A DNA stretch of 64,000 bases from Candidatus Nomurabacteria bacterium (GCA_026395955.1 JAPLXR010000004.1:3883-67882), one strand, 5' to 3'; shown: positions 28,009 to 39,173, counted from the stretch's first letter. The notes: generated from the sequence alone by a model not told the origin. A program made the numbers and translations.

Positions 28009-28800
28009 TTATTGTATTCCAAAGATTCTTTTAGCATTCTCAAAAGTAGCCATAGCAACTTCATTTTCAGTCATATTTTTAAGTAAGGCTATTTTTTTAA
28101 CGACTTCTTTTACCATGTATGGTTCACAAGTTTTACCTCGATACGGTACAGGTGCAGCAAAAGGTGAATCTGTTTCCGTCATTATTGATTCTATAGGTAT
28201 TAATTTTATAACTTCATCATAATCAGTAGTAAAAGTAATAGGTCCATCAAAAGACATTGTGAATCCTATAGCGAGTGCTCGTGTTGCAATAGTGACATCA
28301 CCGACAAAGAAATGAAAATTACCACTCAAAAAATTATTTTCTTTTTTATAATTTTCTAAAATATCAAGAGCGTCTTCGTATGCGTCCATATTCCCTTTTG
28401 ATGGTCTTGCATGTATCATCAGTGGCTTGCCTACTTTTATAGCCAATTCAATATGACTCTTAAAAATTTCTTTTTGTTTTTCTTTTGTAGTCTCATCTGC
28501 TCCACGAAAATAATCTAGACCACATTCACCGATACAAACTACTTTTGAATTTTGTGCTAATGTTTCATATTTTGAAATATCAAAATCCTCACTCGTATTA
28601 TCTGTCGGATGTAGTCCAACTCCCACCCAAATAAAATCATATTTTTCTGCTATAGTTATAGCCTCCTTCGAGGTCTCATAGTCCACACCAATAGTAATAG
28701 TACTTACATTATTTTCTACCATACGAGCAATAACCCCCTCATGATCAGACTTGAGTGGTTCTAAATTTAAATGTGAATGTATGTCTATGTATTTTGTCAT
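28009..28800 (-). CDS. tatD: TatD family hydrolase
   Basis: DIHSH, GLHP, GECGLDY, ETDSPF. Confidence 0.93.
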   Translation of the reverse strand: MTKYIDIHSHLNLEPLKSDHEGVIARMVENNVSTITIGVDYETSKEAITIAEKYDFIWVGVGLHPTDNTSEDFDISKYETLAQNSKVVCIGECGLDYFRGADETTKEKQKEIFKSHIELAIKVGKPLMIHARPSKGNMDAYEDALDILENYKKENNFLSGNFHFFVGDVTIATRALAIGFTMSFDGPITFTTDYDEVIKLIPIESIMTETDSPFAAPVPYRGKTCEPYMVKEVVKKIALLKNMTENEVAMATFENAKRIFGIQ

Positions 28801-28848
28801 ATATCTATTCTACACAAAAAAGACAAATAAAAAAGCCATAATGATTAA

Positions 28849-29856
28849 TTATTCATTATGGCTCAAATACTTATCTTCAACTCGTCTTTTTTCAGAAACA
28901 GCAATAAGCTTTTTCTGAACTCTCCTAGTGCTAAATTCAGTTTCTTTTAATAAACCTTTTCTTAAAAGAAGTTCATCACGAATGTCAGCAGATTCTTCAA
29001 ATTTTTGACTATCGTTACTTTTTTCAAGAAGAATCTTCAACTCTTCTTCTGTCATATTTTCATAATCAATTCGTTGGAAAGTATACTCAGTTGCAGTTTT
29101 AGAACACCGCATAAAAAGAGTAAGTAATCCTTTGCAATTTTTAGAATCATTAAAGTTACCAATATTAATTTTTCCTTTAACATTTCTATCAAAATACATC
29201 TTTGTATCAGCAACAAGAAAGAAAAACTTATACTCACCTAACTCTACTAGAGATACCGGATTTATAATCAAAATAGAAACATTTTTATTACCAGAAATTA
29301 TTTTATATTTTAAAAACTCTAATAAATCTGACAAGTTATTTTCATCTGGATATTCAGAAAGTAATACCGTTACTTTCCCCTGTCTATTAAGAAATCCATT
29401 CAGAGCAATAATCGCTTGATTCTTAAAAAAAGAATCATTTTGAAAAACTTCAAAAATATACACATACGATATAGCAGTAGTAAAAATACAATTTAATACA
29501 TACCGAGGCTTAACATCTTCATCAATTCCAAAGCAAAAATTTTCCTTTTTAAAAGCTTTTTCTTTAAGCCAACAATACCAATATGGGTCTGTTTTTTCTG
29601 TTGTTGTTATTTTATTATTACGATAATAACTTTCGTCTGGGAAAGAACGCATAAAAGTTTCTTTAATTTCTCTTTCTACTTGTTCTTCTTTTTTATTTTG
29701 TTCAGCTAATTGAGCTATAATTTCTTTTTTAATTTTTTCTTTTAATTTTTCTTGTTTCTTTACTTCTTGTCTTTTATAAATTCTTATAGCAATCCAAAAA
29801 ACAAACGCAATAATGGTTGTCTCTATTGCTTCTTCAAGTAAAATACTTGTATTCAT
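28849..29856 (-). CDS. Hypothetical membrane-anchored protein with UVR-like motif
   Basis: N-terminal TM and coiled coil; FEESADIRDEL resembles the UvrB/C motif. Confidence 0.55.
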   Translation of the reverse strand: MNTSILLEEAIETTIIAFVFWIAIRIYKRQEVKKQEKLKEKIKKEIIAQLAEQNKKEEQVEREIKETFMRSFPDESYYRNNKITTTEKTDPYWYCWLKEKAFKKENFCFGIDEDVKPRYVLNCIFTTAISYVYIFEVFQNDSFFKNQAIIALNGFLNRQGKVTVLLSEYPDENNLSDLLEFLKYKIISGNKNVSILIINPVSLVELGEYKFFFLVADTKMYFDRNVKGKINIGNFNDSKNCKGLLTLFMRCSKTATEYTFQRIDYENMTEEELKILLEKSNDSQKFEESADIRDELLLRKGLLKETEFSTRRVQKKLIAVSEKRRVEDKYLSHNE

Positions 29857-29922
29857 TTTTCAAGGTTTTAATTAATACTTATTTAACTTCAAAATAACAT
29901 GAAGTGTTAAAAAATACAATAT

Positions 29923-31380
29923 TTAATCTTTTCTCAAAAATAGTGGTTGTTCTGGCATTTTTCCAGATTTTGCAATTTCTACAATTTTTTTACTGGTCTC
30001 TGGAAGTACAGGCGTGAGCATCATTCCAATGTTATGAAGCTTTATAACTAGTTCTTTTATAATCTCAACAGCTTCTTCTTTATTTGTTTTCACAAGTTTA
30101 AATGGTTGTTTTGTTTGTATTAACTCATCAAGCTCAGTAACGTGTTTAAAAACTAAATTCATGGCCTCGTGTATATTAAAATTATCCATCGCAACGATTA
30201 CTGGAGCCCAATCTTCAGTAAGAGTCATTGCTGGAATCTCAGTAATAGTTTCTAAATTTGTCTCTGCCATTTTCATAATACGACTAGTAAGATTCCCTAT
30301 TCCATTTGCAAGACCTGCATTATAAGCATCTTTAAAACGTTCCATAGTAAATGGTGAATCTTCAAACGAAGAAACTTCTTTAGCAAGGAAAAAACGAAGT
30401 GCATCAGTACCGTATTCAGATACAATATCTTTCGGATCAATGACATTACCAAGTGTTTTAGACATTTTTACTCCACCATCAGCAGTAATAAAACCATTAA
30501 TAATTATTTGATGAGAATTCGGCACATCAGCTGCCATTAGCATTGCTTGCCACATTGCAGATTGAAAACGAAGGTTGTCTTTACCACAGTATTGTGTAGG
30601 ATTTCCATTTACCCAATATTTATCAAAATCTCCACTAGCCTCTGGCCATCCAAGTGTAGATATATAATTAGTTAAAGCATCAAACCAGACATACATAACA
30701 TGCTCTTCATCCCCTGGTACTGGTATACCCCATGGCATTTTATCCTTCAAACGTGAAATAGAAAAATCTTGAAGTCCACGTTCAACGAATGCTTTGATTT
30801 CATTAAAGCGAAAATCTGGTACAACAAAATTTGGATTTTCTTTATAAAAATTTAATAATTTTTCAGTGAATGCACTATATTTGAAAAAATAGTTTTCTTC
30901 TTGAATAATTTCAAGCGCACGTCCAGGATGTATAGGACACTCATCATTTACAATTTCAGAATCACTCTTGGTTTCTTCACAGCCTACACAGTATCTAGCT
31001 TCATAATTCTTTTTGTAAATATAACCATTATCATATACTTTTTTCCAAAATGCTTGAGCAGAATTTATATGATTTTCATTAGTGGTACGAGCAAAATGTA
31101 AAATACTTTCATCCATTCCAAAGATATTAACTGAGTCTTTAAATCGAAAAAAACTATCATTAACAAACTCTTGAGGAGTCTTCCCTGCAGCAACTGCTTT
31201 CTCGTATATTTTCATTCCATGCTCATCTGTACCTGTATTAAAAAATACATCATAGCCATTTAATTTTTTATAACGAGCAATAATATCAGCACGAATAAAT
31301 TCCAGTGCATGACCCATATGGAGATCTGCATTCACATACGGAAGCGTAGTAGTAATGTAAAAACTATTTTGATTCTTCAT
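29923..31380 (-). CDS. metG: Methionine--tRNA ligase (short form)
   Basis: PYVNADLHMGH, YVWFDAL, KMSKT. Confidence 0.97.
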   Translation of the reverse strand: MKNQNSFYITTTLPYVNADLHMGHALEFIRADIIARYKKLNGYDVFFNTGTDEHGMKIYEKAVAAGKTPQEFVNDSFFRFKDSVNIFGMDESILHFARTTNENHINSAQAFWKKVYDNGYIYKKNYEARYCVGCEETKSDSEIVNDECPIHPGRALEIIQEENYFFKYSAFTEKLLNFYKENPNFVVPDFRFNEIKAFVERGLQDFSISRLKDKMPWGIPVPGDEEHVMYVWFDALTNYISTLGWPEASGDFDKYWVNGNPTQYCGKDNLRFQSAMWQAMLMAADVPNSHQIIINGFITADGGVKMSKTLGNVIDPKDIVSEYGTDALRFFLAKEVSSFEDSPFTMERFKDAYNAGLANGIGNLTSRIMKMAETNLETITEIPAMTLTEDWAPVIVAMDNFNIHEAMNLVFKHVTELDELIQTKQPFKLVKTNKEEAVEIIKELVIKLHNIGMMLTPVLPETSKKIVEIAKSGKMPEQPLFLRKD

Positions 31381-32461
31381 TTTCTTTTTGTTCGTTTTGT
31401 TCTTTTGTAAAAATTTTATGCTTCTCTATATCATTCAACAATTCCATAATAAACACAGCACCAGGAATAGCGAGTACTACTCCCCAAAAACCTGCTAAAT
31501 TAAAACCTACTAATAAAGCCAAAATAACTATAAGTGGAGAAAGCCCCGTCACACGCTTTACGATGAGTGGAGCGAGTAAATAAGCTTCAAACTGGTGAAT
31601 AATGAAATATGCACCACCTACCATCAAAGCACCAGAAAATCCACTAGAAAGGTATCCTAGACCAATAGCAGGTACCATAGATACTATCATTCCATATGGA
31701 ACAAGTTCAAATATTCCTGTAAGTACAGCGAGAAGAAGTGCATATTGTATTCCTAAAATAGAAAGGACTAAGTACACCAAAATACCAACGATAAGTCCGA
31801 GCATCATTTGTCCTTTTATCCAAAGTGCAATCTTCCTACGGACACGTTCCCATAGATCGACAGCATAGTCTTCGTGTTTTTGAGGAACAACAATGCGAAG
31901 GAAACTTTCGATTCCCTTTTCTTGAATTGAAAGATAAAAAGAAATAACGATAATTAAAACTACGTTGAATATACTACCGAATGCATAAGACAATGTAGAG
32001 AAAAATCCACTTGAAAGATTTGAGATAAATGCTTTTGAAGTAGTTAACAATGTACTAATAGATAGATTGTTTTGCAAATTAGCAAAGACGTCTTTAGCTC
32101 CTGAAAAAGCATCATTGTGGAAGAAATTTACAAGACCTGAGTCTGGGAAATAATTTGCTAAAAGCGTAGAGAAATTATAAATTTCTGTAATTAAAAGAGG
32201 GGCAAATAGATAAAATACTCCTGCTAAAAAAGTAAGGCTGAAAACATATAGAAGTATTACTCCAAAAACTCTACCTATTCCTATTCTTTTCATTCTAGAA
32301 CTTGCAGATTCTACGAATGAAGCAATGACAATTGAAGTTAAAATGATAAGAACTAAATCTCTAAGATAATAAAGAACAAAGAAACCAAGTAACACTAAAA
32401 CAGCCCGAATCATAGTACTCGTAGTAATAGAAATAGCCACACTTTTTTTATTTTCTTGCAT
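31364..32461 (-). CDS. AI-2E family transporter
   Basis: Multi-TM; ELVPYG, GLSPLIVILALLVG, GVVLAIP. Confidence 0.88.
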   Translation of the reverse strand: MQENKKSVAISITTSTMIRAVLVLLGFFVLYYLRDLVLIILTSIVIASFVESASSRMKRIGIGRVFGVILLYVFSLTFLAGVFYLFAPLLITEIYNFSTLLANYFPDSGLVNFFHNDAFSGAKDVFANLQNNLSISTLLTTSKAFISNLSSGFFSTLSYAFGSIFNVVLIIVISFYLSIQEKGIESFLRIVVPQKHEDYAVDLWERVRRKIALWIKGQMMLGLIVGILVYLVLSILGIQYALLLAVLTGIFELVPYGMIVSMVPAIGLGYLSSGFSGALMVGGAYFIIHQFEAYLLAPLIVKRVTGLSPLIVILALLVGFNLAGFWGVVLAIPGAVFIMELLNDIEKHKIFTKEQNEQKENEESK

Positions 32462-32485
32462 AAGAATATTATAACATTAAAAGTC

Positions 32486-33754
32486 TTAAACTTTCAAAAT
32501 AGGTAAAAACTCGCTAGTTTCTTTGAAGGGACCAATAAGGGCAAGGTTCAAATTTTTATCTTGAAAAATCTTGCGAGCCATATCGCGAACTTGTTTAGGT
32601 GTAACTGCTCTTATTTTCTTTGCTTTATCTTCTGCATTTTCTATTTTCTTTACCATTATCTCTTGTCCCCCATAAAAATTTGCAACATCATCGGTAGACT
32701 CGAGACCCATCTTCATCCCTGCAGTAAATATTTCTTTTACTTTATTTAATTCTTTTTCGGATACTAATTCGTCTTTTAATTTTTTACATTCTTCTAAAAT
32801 TGCAGTAATAACTTCCTTAACTCTTTTATTGTCTACACCGGAAGAAATTTGAAAAACTCCATGGTCTGTATATGGATCTGTATTTGCACGAACATAATAA
32901 CAAACTCCCATTTCCTCGCGAAGCTTATGAAAAAGTCTTGAGCTCATCCCTGCTCCCAAAACTCCTGCCATTACAGAATTAATTGCATTCTTTTTATCAA
33001 AAGCATTTAATGCACGAAATGCTAGAACAAAATGTGTCTGATCTGTGGCTTTGTGTTTTATTTTAGCTTGTGGAACTGATTGTTTTTCTGTTGTTTTTAA
33101 TTTTCCAGATTTTTTCTCACTTTTCAAATGAGCAAAAGCTTTTTTAACTTCTATCATCATGTCCTTTTCACTCACTCCCCCAGCAACAACGACAGTAGTA
33201 GCTTTTGGAACGTATTGTTCTTTTTTGTATTTAACAAAATCATCACGTTTCATTTTTTTAATATTTTCTATCGGACCAGCGATGTTCCATCCTGCTGGCT
33301 GGTCACCATACAAAACGTCCATGATCATATCTTGCACATGACGCATTGGTAAGTCTTCATACATATTTATTTCCTCTATAATCACACCTTTTTCTTTTTG
33401 CATTTCTGCTTCAGGGAAAGTTGAATTTAAATATACATCACTCACAACATCAAAAATCTTTTTGAAATGTTTAGCATCACTTTTTGCATAATAGCCTGTG
33501 TATTCTTGGCCAGTAAAAGCATTGTATTGTGCACCCATAGTATCGAGCTCAGTAGTAATGTCACGTGAAGTAGGACGCTTTACAGTGCCCTTGAAACACA
33601 TATGCTCCAAAAAGTGAGACAAGCCATTTATCTCTTTTGTCTCATATTTACTACCTGTCTCCACCAAGACCAAAGCCGTAACCGTCGGGCTTTCTTTCAT
33701 TGGTATTGTTATAACTCGTAATCCATTCTTTAAAATTGTTTTTTTAGCTTTCAT
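32486..33754 (-). CDS. M16 family zinc peptidase
   Basis: HFLEH motif, NAFT, SSRLF; start moved to MKAKK at 33754. Confidence 0.93.
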   Translation of the reverse strand: MKAKKTILKNGLRVITIPMKESPTVTALVLVETGSKYETKEINGLSHFLEHMCFKGTVKRPTSRDITTELDTMGAQYNAFTGQEYTGYYAKSDAKHFKKIFDVVSDVYLNSTFPEAEMQKEKGVIIEEINMYEDLPMRHVQDMIMDVLYGDQPAGWNIAGPIENIKKMKRDDFVKYKKEQYVPKATTVVVAGGVSEKDMMIEVKKAFAHLKSEKKSGKLKTTEKQSVPQAKIKHKATDQTHFVLAFRALNAFDKKNAINSVMAGVLGAGMSSRLFHKLREEMGVCYYVRANTDPYTDHGVFQISSGVDNKRVKEVITAILEECKKLKDELVSEKELNKVKEIFTAGMKMGLESTDDVANFYGGQEIMVKKIENAEDKAKKIRAVTPKQVRDMARKIFQDKNLNLALIGPFKETSEFLPILKV

Positions 33755-33764
33755 ACGTTTTATA

Positions 33765-34262
33765 TTAGCACATTTTTTCAAGTGTTTCTTTTATCTCCCG
33801 ATTATTTCGGACAATAAATATTTTTTTAGTATCCTTATAATTTTCTACCAATAAGAGCATTTCTTTTTTAGGGAATTGAACAATATATTTTATTAAATCC
33901 CAACCAAGTTTTTGTTTCGCACCATCTGGACCCTTGAATGATTCGTGTTTTTCAAACATTCTAATAAAAGCCCTCCAAAGACATCGCCACACGGGAAAAT
34001 CAAAATATACAATCACATCAGCTCTTTCTAACCTCATGTCAATTGTTTTTTTGTAACTACCTTCTATAATCCATTTATCTTCGTCAACAATTTTTTTTAC
34101 TGCTTGTTTAAATTCAACTTTTGTCGGATAACGCCGTTGCCAATTCGAATCCCAAAATATTTTATCGAGAGATACAATCGGTCGTCCTAATTTTTTACCA
34201 AGCTCATTTGCAAAAGTAGATTTACCAGAACCAGATATTCCAAAAATTGTTATACGGTCCAT
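33765..34262 (-). CDS. FlaR-like P-loop kinase (topology modulation protein family)
   Basis: GISGSGKST, LDKIFW, WIIEGSY, RLERAD. Confidence 0.8.
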   Translation of the reverse strand: MDRITIFGISGSGKSTFANELGKKLGRPIVSLDKIFWDSNWQRRYPTKVEFKQAVKKIVDEDKWIIEGSYKKTIDMRLERADVIVYFDFPVWRCLWRAFIRMFEKHESFKGPDGAKQKLGWDLIKYIVQFPKKEMLLLVENYKDTKKIFIVRNNREIKETLEKMC

Positions 34263-34267
34263 AGAAA

Positions 34268-35581
34268 CTAATTTAGTTTTTCTTTTATATAAGAATTCAA
34301 ATCACTTACTTTTACTCTCTCTTGAGTTCCAGTATCACGATCACGGACAGTGACAGTATCATCTGTGAGTGTGTCGAAGTCGACGACGATACACCATGGC
34401 GTACCGATTTCGTCTTGTCGGCGGTAACGCTTACCAATGTTTCCATTATCATCCCAAGCAATTCTTCCAAATTCTTCTTTGAGTGGGGCAAAAACTTTTA
34501 CATTCGCATATTCGACGAGTTCAGGTTTATTTTTTAGAAGTGGAGATACACAAGAAATTATAGGAGCCATTTTAGGCTTGAATTTCAAGAATACACGAGT
34601 TTCTTCACCACTTGTGTCTTCTGTATATGCAGATAGGAATAAGGCTAAAAATGCACGGTCTACACCAAAAGATGGCTCGATGACATGAGGAGTCATCTTT
34701 TCACCAGCTTCTTCGTCAACATATTCTATTTTATGAGTATTCAAATCAAAACTTCCACGATAAGCTAGTCCAAAAAGTTCTTTGCGTCCGAAAGGATAAT
34801 CAAATTCGAAATCCACTGTACGCTTTGAATAGTGAGCAAGGTCTTCCCCTGCTACTTCGAGTTCATGGACTTTACTCATATCGATACCGATGTCTTCCAT
34901 CCACATAGACATTTGTTCTTTCCAATATTCAAAATGTTTTTCCCAATCAGCTTCACGAACAAAATATTCTATTTCCATTTGTTCGAATTCTCTTTGACGG
35001 AAAATAAAATCACGAGGAGTTATTTCATTTCTAAATGCTTTACCGATCTGAGCCATACCGAAAGGAAGTTTTGGATGATAAGCATCGACAGTATTTTTAA
35101 AATTCACAAAAATACCTTGTGCTGTTTCTGGACGTAAATATGAAATAGCAGAAGAATCTTCATTTGCTCCGACCTTAGTCTGAAACATCATATTAAACTG
35201 TCTTGGTTCACCAAGTTTACCATTACATTCTGGACAAATTTCTTGTAAATTTGGATCGAGTTGATCTGCACGAAAACGACGTTTACATTTTTCACACTCT
35301 ACCATTGGGTCAGCAAAATGATCAGCATGACCAGTCGCCTGCCAAACTTCTTGACGCATAAGTATTGCAGCACGAATACCGTACATATCTCGACGAGCAG
35401 AGACAAACCTCTTCCACCAAGAATTTTTTATATTATGAAGCAATTCCCCTCCTAGGTCTCCATAGTCAAAAGTACCAGCGAGGCCACCATATATTTCAGA
35501 ACCTTGAAATATAAAACCTCGTCTTTTGCAAAGACTTACCACTTTCTCCATCAATTCATTTGTTTCTTTTTCTTTTGACAT
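34268..35581 (-). CDS. glyS: Glycine--tRNA ligase, alpha2 (eukaryote/archaea-like) type
   Basis: LCKRRGF, YLRPETAQG, REFEQME, IEPSFG, IGKRYRRQDEIGTP. Confidence 0.97.
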   Translation of the reverse strand: MSKEKETNELMEKVVSLCKRRGFIFQGSEIYGGLAGTFDYGDLGGELLHNIKNSWWKRFVSARRDMYGIRAAILMRQEVWQATGHADHFADPMVECEKCKRRFRADQLDPNLQEICPECNGKLGEPRQFNMMFQTKVGANEDSSAISYLRPETAQGIFVNFKNTVDAYHPKLPFGMAQIGKAFRNEITPRDFIFRQREFEQMEIEYFVREADWEKHFEYWKEQMSMWMEDIGIDMSKVHELEVAGEDLAHYSKRTVDFEFDYPFGRKELFGLAYRGSFDLNTHKIEYVDEEAGEKMTPHVIEPSFGVDRAFLALFLSAYTEDTSGEETRVFLKFKPKMAPIISCVSPLLKNKPELVEYANVKVFAPLKEEFGRIAWDDNGNIGKRYRRQDEIGTPWCIVVDFDTLTDDTVTVRDRDTGTQERVKVSDLNSYIKEKLN

Positions 35582-35584
35582 ATA

Positions 35585-37504
35585 TTATTGTATTACTCTT
35601 TCTGTACCAGCTGTTTCAGTAGCAAGCCTTGTAGTTAAAGAAGCCTTGTTAACTGTTACATCTACATTAGCAAAATCATCGTGTCCGGTCAAAATTGCAT
35701 CATTTATAATTGTTGGTATATCTCCTACTTGTGATAATGAAGGTTTAAATCCAATTTGGAAAGAAACTTGTTTACTATTATTTCCACTAATACCAGCCCC
35801 TTTTGGTATACTTCCAATATTCCAAATTACTTGTTTTGAACTATCATCATACTTTACATCTTCTGAAGCAGGATCAATAGGGCCAACAAAACGAACAAAA
35901 GCAGGTAATGTCGCAGTCATTTTTGCATTTGAAATACTATTTGCAGTATTTGAAAGTGACCAAACTATTGTATAAGTAGTTTCTTGTTCAGCTTTTGGTG
36001 GTAATGGTCCACTATTAGGTAATGTGCTTCCAGAATATAAAGCCTTTACTGTGACACCAACATCTGAAATCAATTTAATTGTTTTAGATTCAGAATCAGT
36101 CAAGGAATTATTTATATTACCTTCAAGTGGTTGTTTACCTGAAATCGATACATCTATAGTAACTGTCGGACTATCTAAAAGACCACTAGAAGAAAACAAA
36201 GATAATGGAGCTAAAGAGAAATCAACAGAACCTGTATCTCCTGGATTTACTTCAGTAAAATTAGAGAAGGAACTTTTGTCCCACAACATAGTATTTGAAA
36301 CAGAATCAAAAATACCCTTAGAGACAATTACCTTTGACCGATCGAAGGCATTACCAGAAATTCTTGCAGTTATAGATAAATCGTTTATTTTTGTAGTTAA
36401 ATTATTTGCCCATTGTATTTGACCTTGAATAGGTGTCTTTGAATCAGACACATATGAATTTTGATAAATACCATTCACAAAAAGTCTCGCTTGAATAAAT
36501 GGTTTATTTATTAAAATAGTATGGCCTAAAGAATTAAATACAACACCGATATTGGCTTTATCATTTTGATCTGCTGAACCAGTAAAGAAGTGAAAGGTTT
36601 TTTGTTCACCATCTTGAGCCCCAATCATACTACCTGTTATTGTAATAGTTCTATCTGCTCCAGGAGAGATATCACCCAAATTCCAAACATTATTATCTAC
36701 CGTCGGAGAAGGGTTTGCGTTCTTGAATTGAAAGCCGACAGGATAATCAGCTTTCAACAAAAGACCTGTTGCTGATTTAGTAGAATTAAGTGTAGCCTTT
36801 ACATTAAAAGTAATATCTTGATTAGGTGTAGCTGTGTCTGGAGCATTTATTGCTAAATCAATAGGAGCAGAACTAATAGATACAGAATAATCTTTTTCTT
36901 TAACAAAGATAGCATTGGAACCTTCTACCCTATACTCTAGAGATACTTTTATTGGCCTAATACTACCTTGTTCACCAAACAATACAACCTTTACTGTATC
37001 TGTGTGTATTTGACCAGCTGGAATAGTGCCGAGTGAATCTCGAAGCTTATTTGAATCTTGAGCCAAATCAACAGCTGAACCTTTTGGATACTCAACTACA
37101 AGATCTGCTAATTCAAGTGGTGCATTATTTTTATTTGTAATTTCAATCTGTAAAGGTAAATCTTCACCCCCTGCTGTAAAAGCATTACCCAAAATCGCAA
37201 TATCAATATTATCATTAGAAACAGTATTTCCTCCACCTAAGAATGAATACAGGGCAAAAATAATTGCTAAGGCAAAAAAACATATTGAAAAAATAAAAAA
37301 CTTTTTAAAAATAGATGTTTTCATAAAAATTTTATCTGTTATGTTAGATTCCTCTTCTTCTTTCCATGAATCTGGAATGTCGTATTCTTTCTTATGAAGA
37401 ATTCCAGAACGTTTTATTTGTAGATTTTTATAGCTTTTACTAAAAAGCCTGCTCTTCATATCTTCTAATCTATGAAGTTTTTCTTTTTCTTCCTCATTTT
37501 GCAT
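35585..37504 (-). CDS. Membrane-anchored protein with tandem Ig-like (DUF11-like) domains
   Basis: Single TM followed by repeated beta-rich 'W.LG.I.PG' units. Confidence 0.65.
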   Translation of the reverse strand: MQNEEEKEKLHRLEDMKSRLFSKSYKNLQIKRSGILHKKEYDIPDSWKEEEESNITDKIFMKTSIFKKFFIFSICFFALAIIFALYSFLGGGNTVSNDNIDIAILGNAFTAGGEDLPLQIEITNKNNAPLELADLVVEYPKGSAVDLAQDSNKLRDSLGTIPAGQIHTDTVKVVLFGEQGSIRPIKVSLEYRVEGSNAIFVKEKDYSVSISSAPIDLAINAPDTATPNQDITFNVKATLNSTKSATGLLLKADYPVGFQFKNANPSPTVDNNVWNLGDISPGADRTITITGSMIGAQDGEQKTFHFFTGSADQNDKANIGVVFNSLGHTILINKPFIQARLFVNGIYQNSYVSDSKTPIQGQIQWANNLTTKINDLSITARISGNAFDRSKVIVSKGIFDSVSNTMLWDKSSFSNFTEVNPGDTGSVDFSLAPLSLFSSSGLLDSPTVTIDVSISGKQPLEGNINNSLTDSESKTIKLISDVGVTVKALYSGSTLPNSGPLPPKAEQETTYTIVWSLSNTANSISNAKMTATLPAFVRFVGPIDPASEDVKYDDSSKQVIWNIGSIPKGAGISGNNSKQVSFQIGFKPSLSQVGDIPTIINDAILTGHDDFANVDVTVNKASLTTRLATETAGTERVIQ

Positions 37505-37548
37505 ACCTTTAATTATAACACTTAAAATAATATTTTAAAATAGAAATA

Positions 37549-38145
37549 TTACATTTGTGTTTCATGTAAGGCCTTATTTATTTCTATTAAAATTTCTTTC
37601 TTATTTAGAGTTACATAAGGCAATAAACCTTCCACAAAAGGCGAAGAAACCAGTTCATCTACTTTTTCGTGATTACCTAAATATCCTAAATGATATAAAA
37701 TACGTAAAACTAAAATCATTTCTATGTTTTGTATTTCTTCTTTTTGAATTTCTTGATTATTTATTTTATTTTCTAAAATATAAAAACCATCTAAGATGTC
37801 TTTAAATAAAGCTTCATTTTGTTCCTCCCCTTGTAAAAGTCTCTTTAAGAGTTTAGATATATTAGCAACTGTCTGTAATCCTATTTCTTTTTTAATTAAT
37901 TTATCTAATTCACCAGTTTTTTGTGCACTCGTAATACGCCAGAATTCTTTACCGCGGACTAAATCTACTTTTACATAAGAAAAATCTTGTAAAACGTAAC
38001 GAAGTTTCGAAGACATTTTCCTTATCCCCTGCGCCGATGCATTTATCATGCCTAGTTCACGAGTAAAAATAGAATAGAACTTTCCAGTCTCTCCGAAATC
38101 ATTACTACCCAATATTATTCCTTCTGTGTGATAGATATGGTGCAT
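37549..38145 (-). CDS. recO: DNA repair protein RecO (short form)
   Basis: TEGIILG..DFGE, FTRELGMI.A.AQGIRK..SKL OB-fold. Confidence 0.8.
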   Translation of the reverse strand: MHHIYHTEGIILGSNDFGETGKFYSIFTRELGMINASAQGIRKMSSKLRYVLQDFSYVKVDLVRGKEFWRITSAQKTGELDKLIKKEIGLQTVANISKLLKRLLQGEEQNEALFKDILDGFYILENKINNQEIQKEEIQNIEMILVLRILYHLGYLGNHEKVDELVSSPFVEGLLPYVTLNKKEILIEINKALHETQM

Positions 38146-38147
38146 TT

Positions 38148-38771
38148 TTATTCAACTTGAAAACTTTCTTTAGATAAAGCAATAAATTTTTCATGTGTTT
38201 CTGGGGTCTTATCGTAATGCATAGAAATTATTTTACCTATCTTTTTAAATTTTTTTGCAAAAATAAATGCTTCTTCTGGACCAAATGTATAAAAGGTACC
38301 TACAGGTAAAAGAGCTAAATCTACTTCTAAACTTGAAACATCAATCCCAGATTCATAAAACATATCTCCTGCAAAATATATATTCTGCCCATCTACATTT
38401 AATAGAAAACCAAAATTTTCTTTTAATGGAGCTGAAACATTTGGACCGTGGTCAACATTGAAAAATGTTACAGTCATATCATCTATAAAAATAGTATCCC
38501 CCACCTCAACTACATTAATTTTAAAATTAAAAGATTCTTCTCCTAATGTTTCTAAACATTCCGCATTTAAAAATAAATTCTTTATTTTGAGAGATTTTAT
38601 ATTCTGAATATCAAAATGATCACCATGAATATGAGAAACGATAAATGCATCAACTCTACCCACCTTAGCTAGGTCTGAATTTGATGTTTTATTACCTATA
38701 TCAAAAGCTAGACGAAAACCACTATTATTCTCAATTACGAAACCAGATTGTTCATATTTTTCTATTTTCAT
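38148..38771 (-). CDS. MBL-fold metallo-hydrolase
   Basis: SHIHGDH, YFAGD, LLPVG, MHY. Confidence 0.88.
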   Translation of the reverse strand: MKIEKYEQSGFVIENNSGFRLAFDIGNKTSNSDLAKVGRVDAFIVSHIHGDHFDIQNIKSLKIKNLFLNAECLETLGEESFNFKINVVEVGDTIFIDDMTVTFFNVDHGPNVSAPLKENFGFLLNVDGQNIYFAGDMFYESGIDVSSLEVDLALLPVGTFYTFGPEEAFIFAKKFKKIGKIISMHYDKTPETHEKFIALSKESFQVE

Positions 38772-38799
38772 CCTTATATTTTAACATAAATATCAAATC

Positions 38800-38838
38800 T
38801 GTGGATAACTTGCTTTTTTATTTTAAATGGTGTATAAT
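38800..38838 (+). promoter_or_regulatory. DnaA box abutting a sigma70 promoter
   Basis: TGTGGATAA at 38800-38808, then TTGCTT-17 nt-TATAAT. Confidence 0.6.
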
Positions 38839-38867
38839 ATATACAAATAACTTAAATATTCTTTGTA

Positions 38868-39173
38868 ATGAATCTACCTGAATTCAAGGAATTGCTAAAT
38901 GCGATTCCAGACTCTGAGACAAGAGTCAAGGAAATTAATAAAAGTTACTTCGAGGAACAAGAAATAAAGAAAAAAAATCCCAACTTTCATGCAACTGGTT
39001 GGGAAAATATAGTTTTAGGAAAATGTCCCACAAATCTAAAAGACGATACAAAAACCTGGAAAGGTTTTGTATCAAAGTACAATGCTATAAAACGAACAGC
39101 TAAAAAATGTGGTACAACAATCAGAGAACTATTAGCAAGAGAAGATTTGATACAAATGTATCATGTGAAGTAA
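38868..39173 (+). CDS. Hypothetical protein
   Basis: 101-aa ORF with its own promoter and downstream hairpin (39178-39208). Confidence 0.6.
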   Translation: MNLPEFKELLNAIPDSETRVKEINKSYFEEQEIKKKNPNFHATGWENIVLGKCPTNLKDDTKTWKGFVSKYNAIKRTAKKCGTTIRELLAREDLIQMYHVK

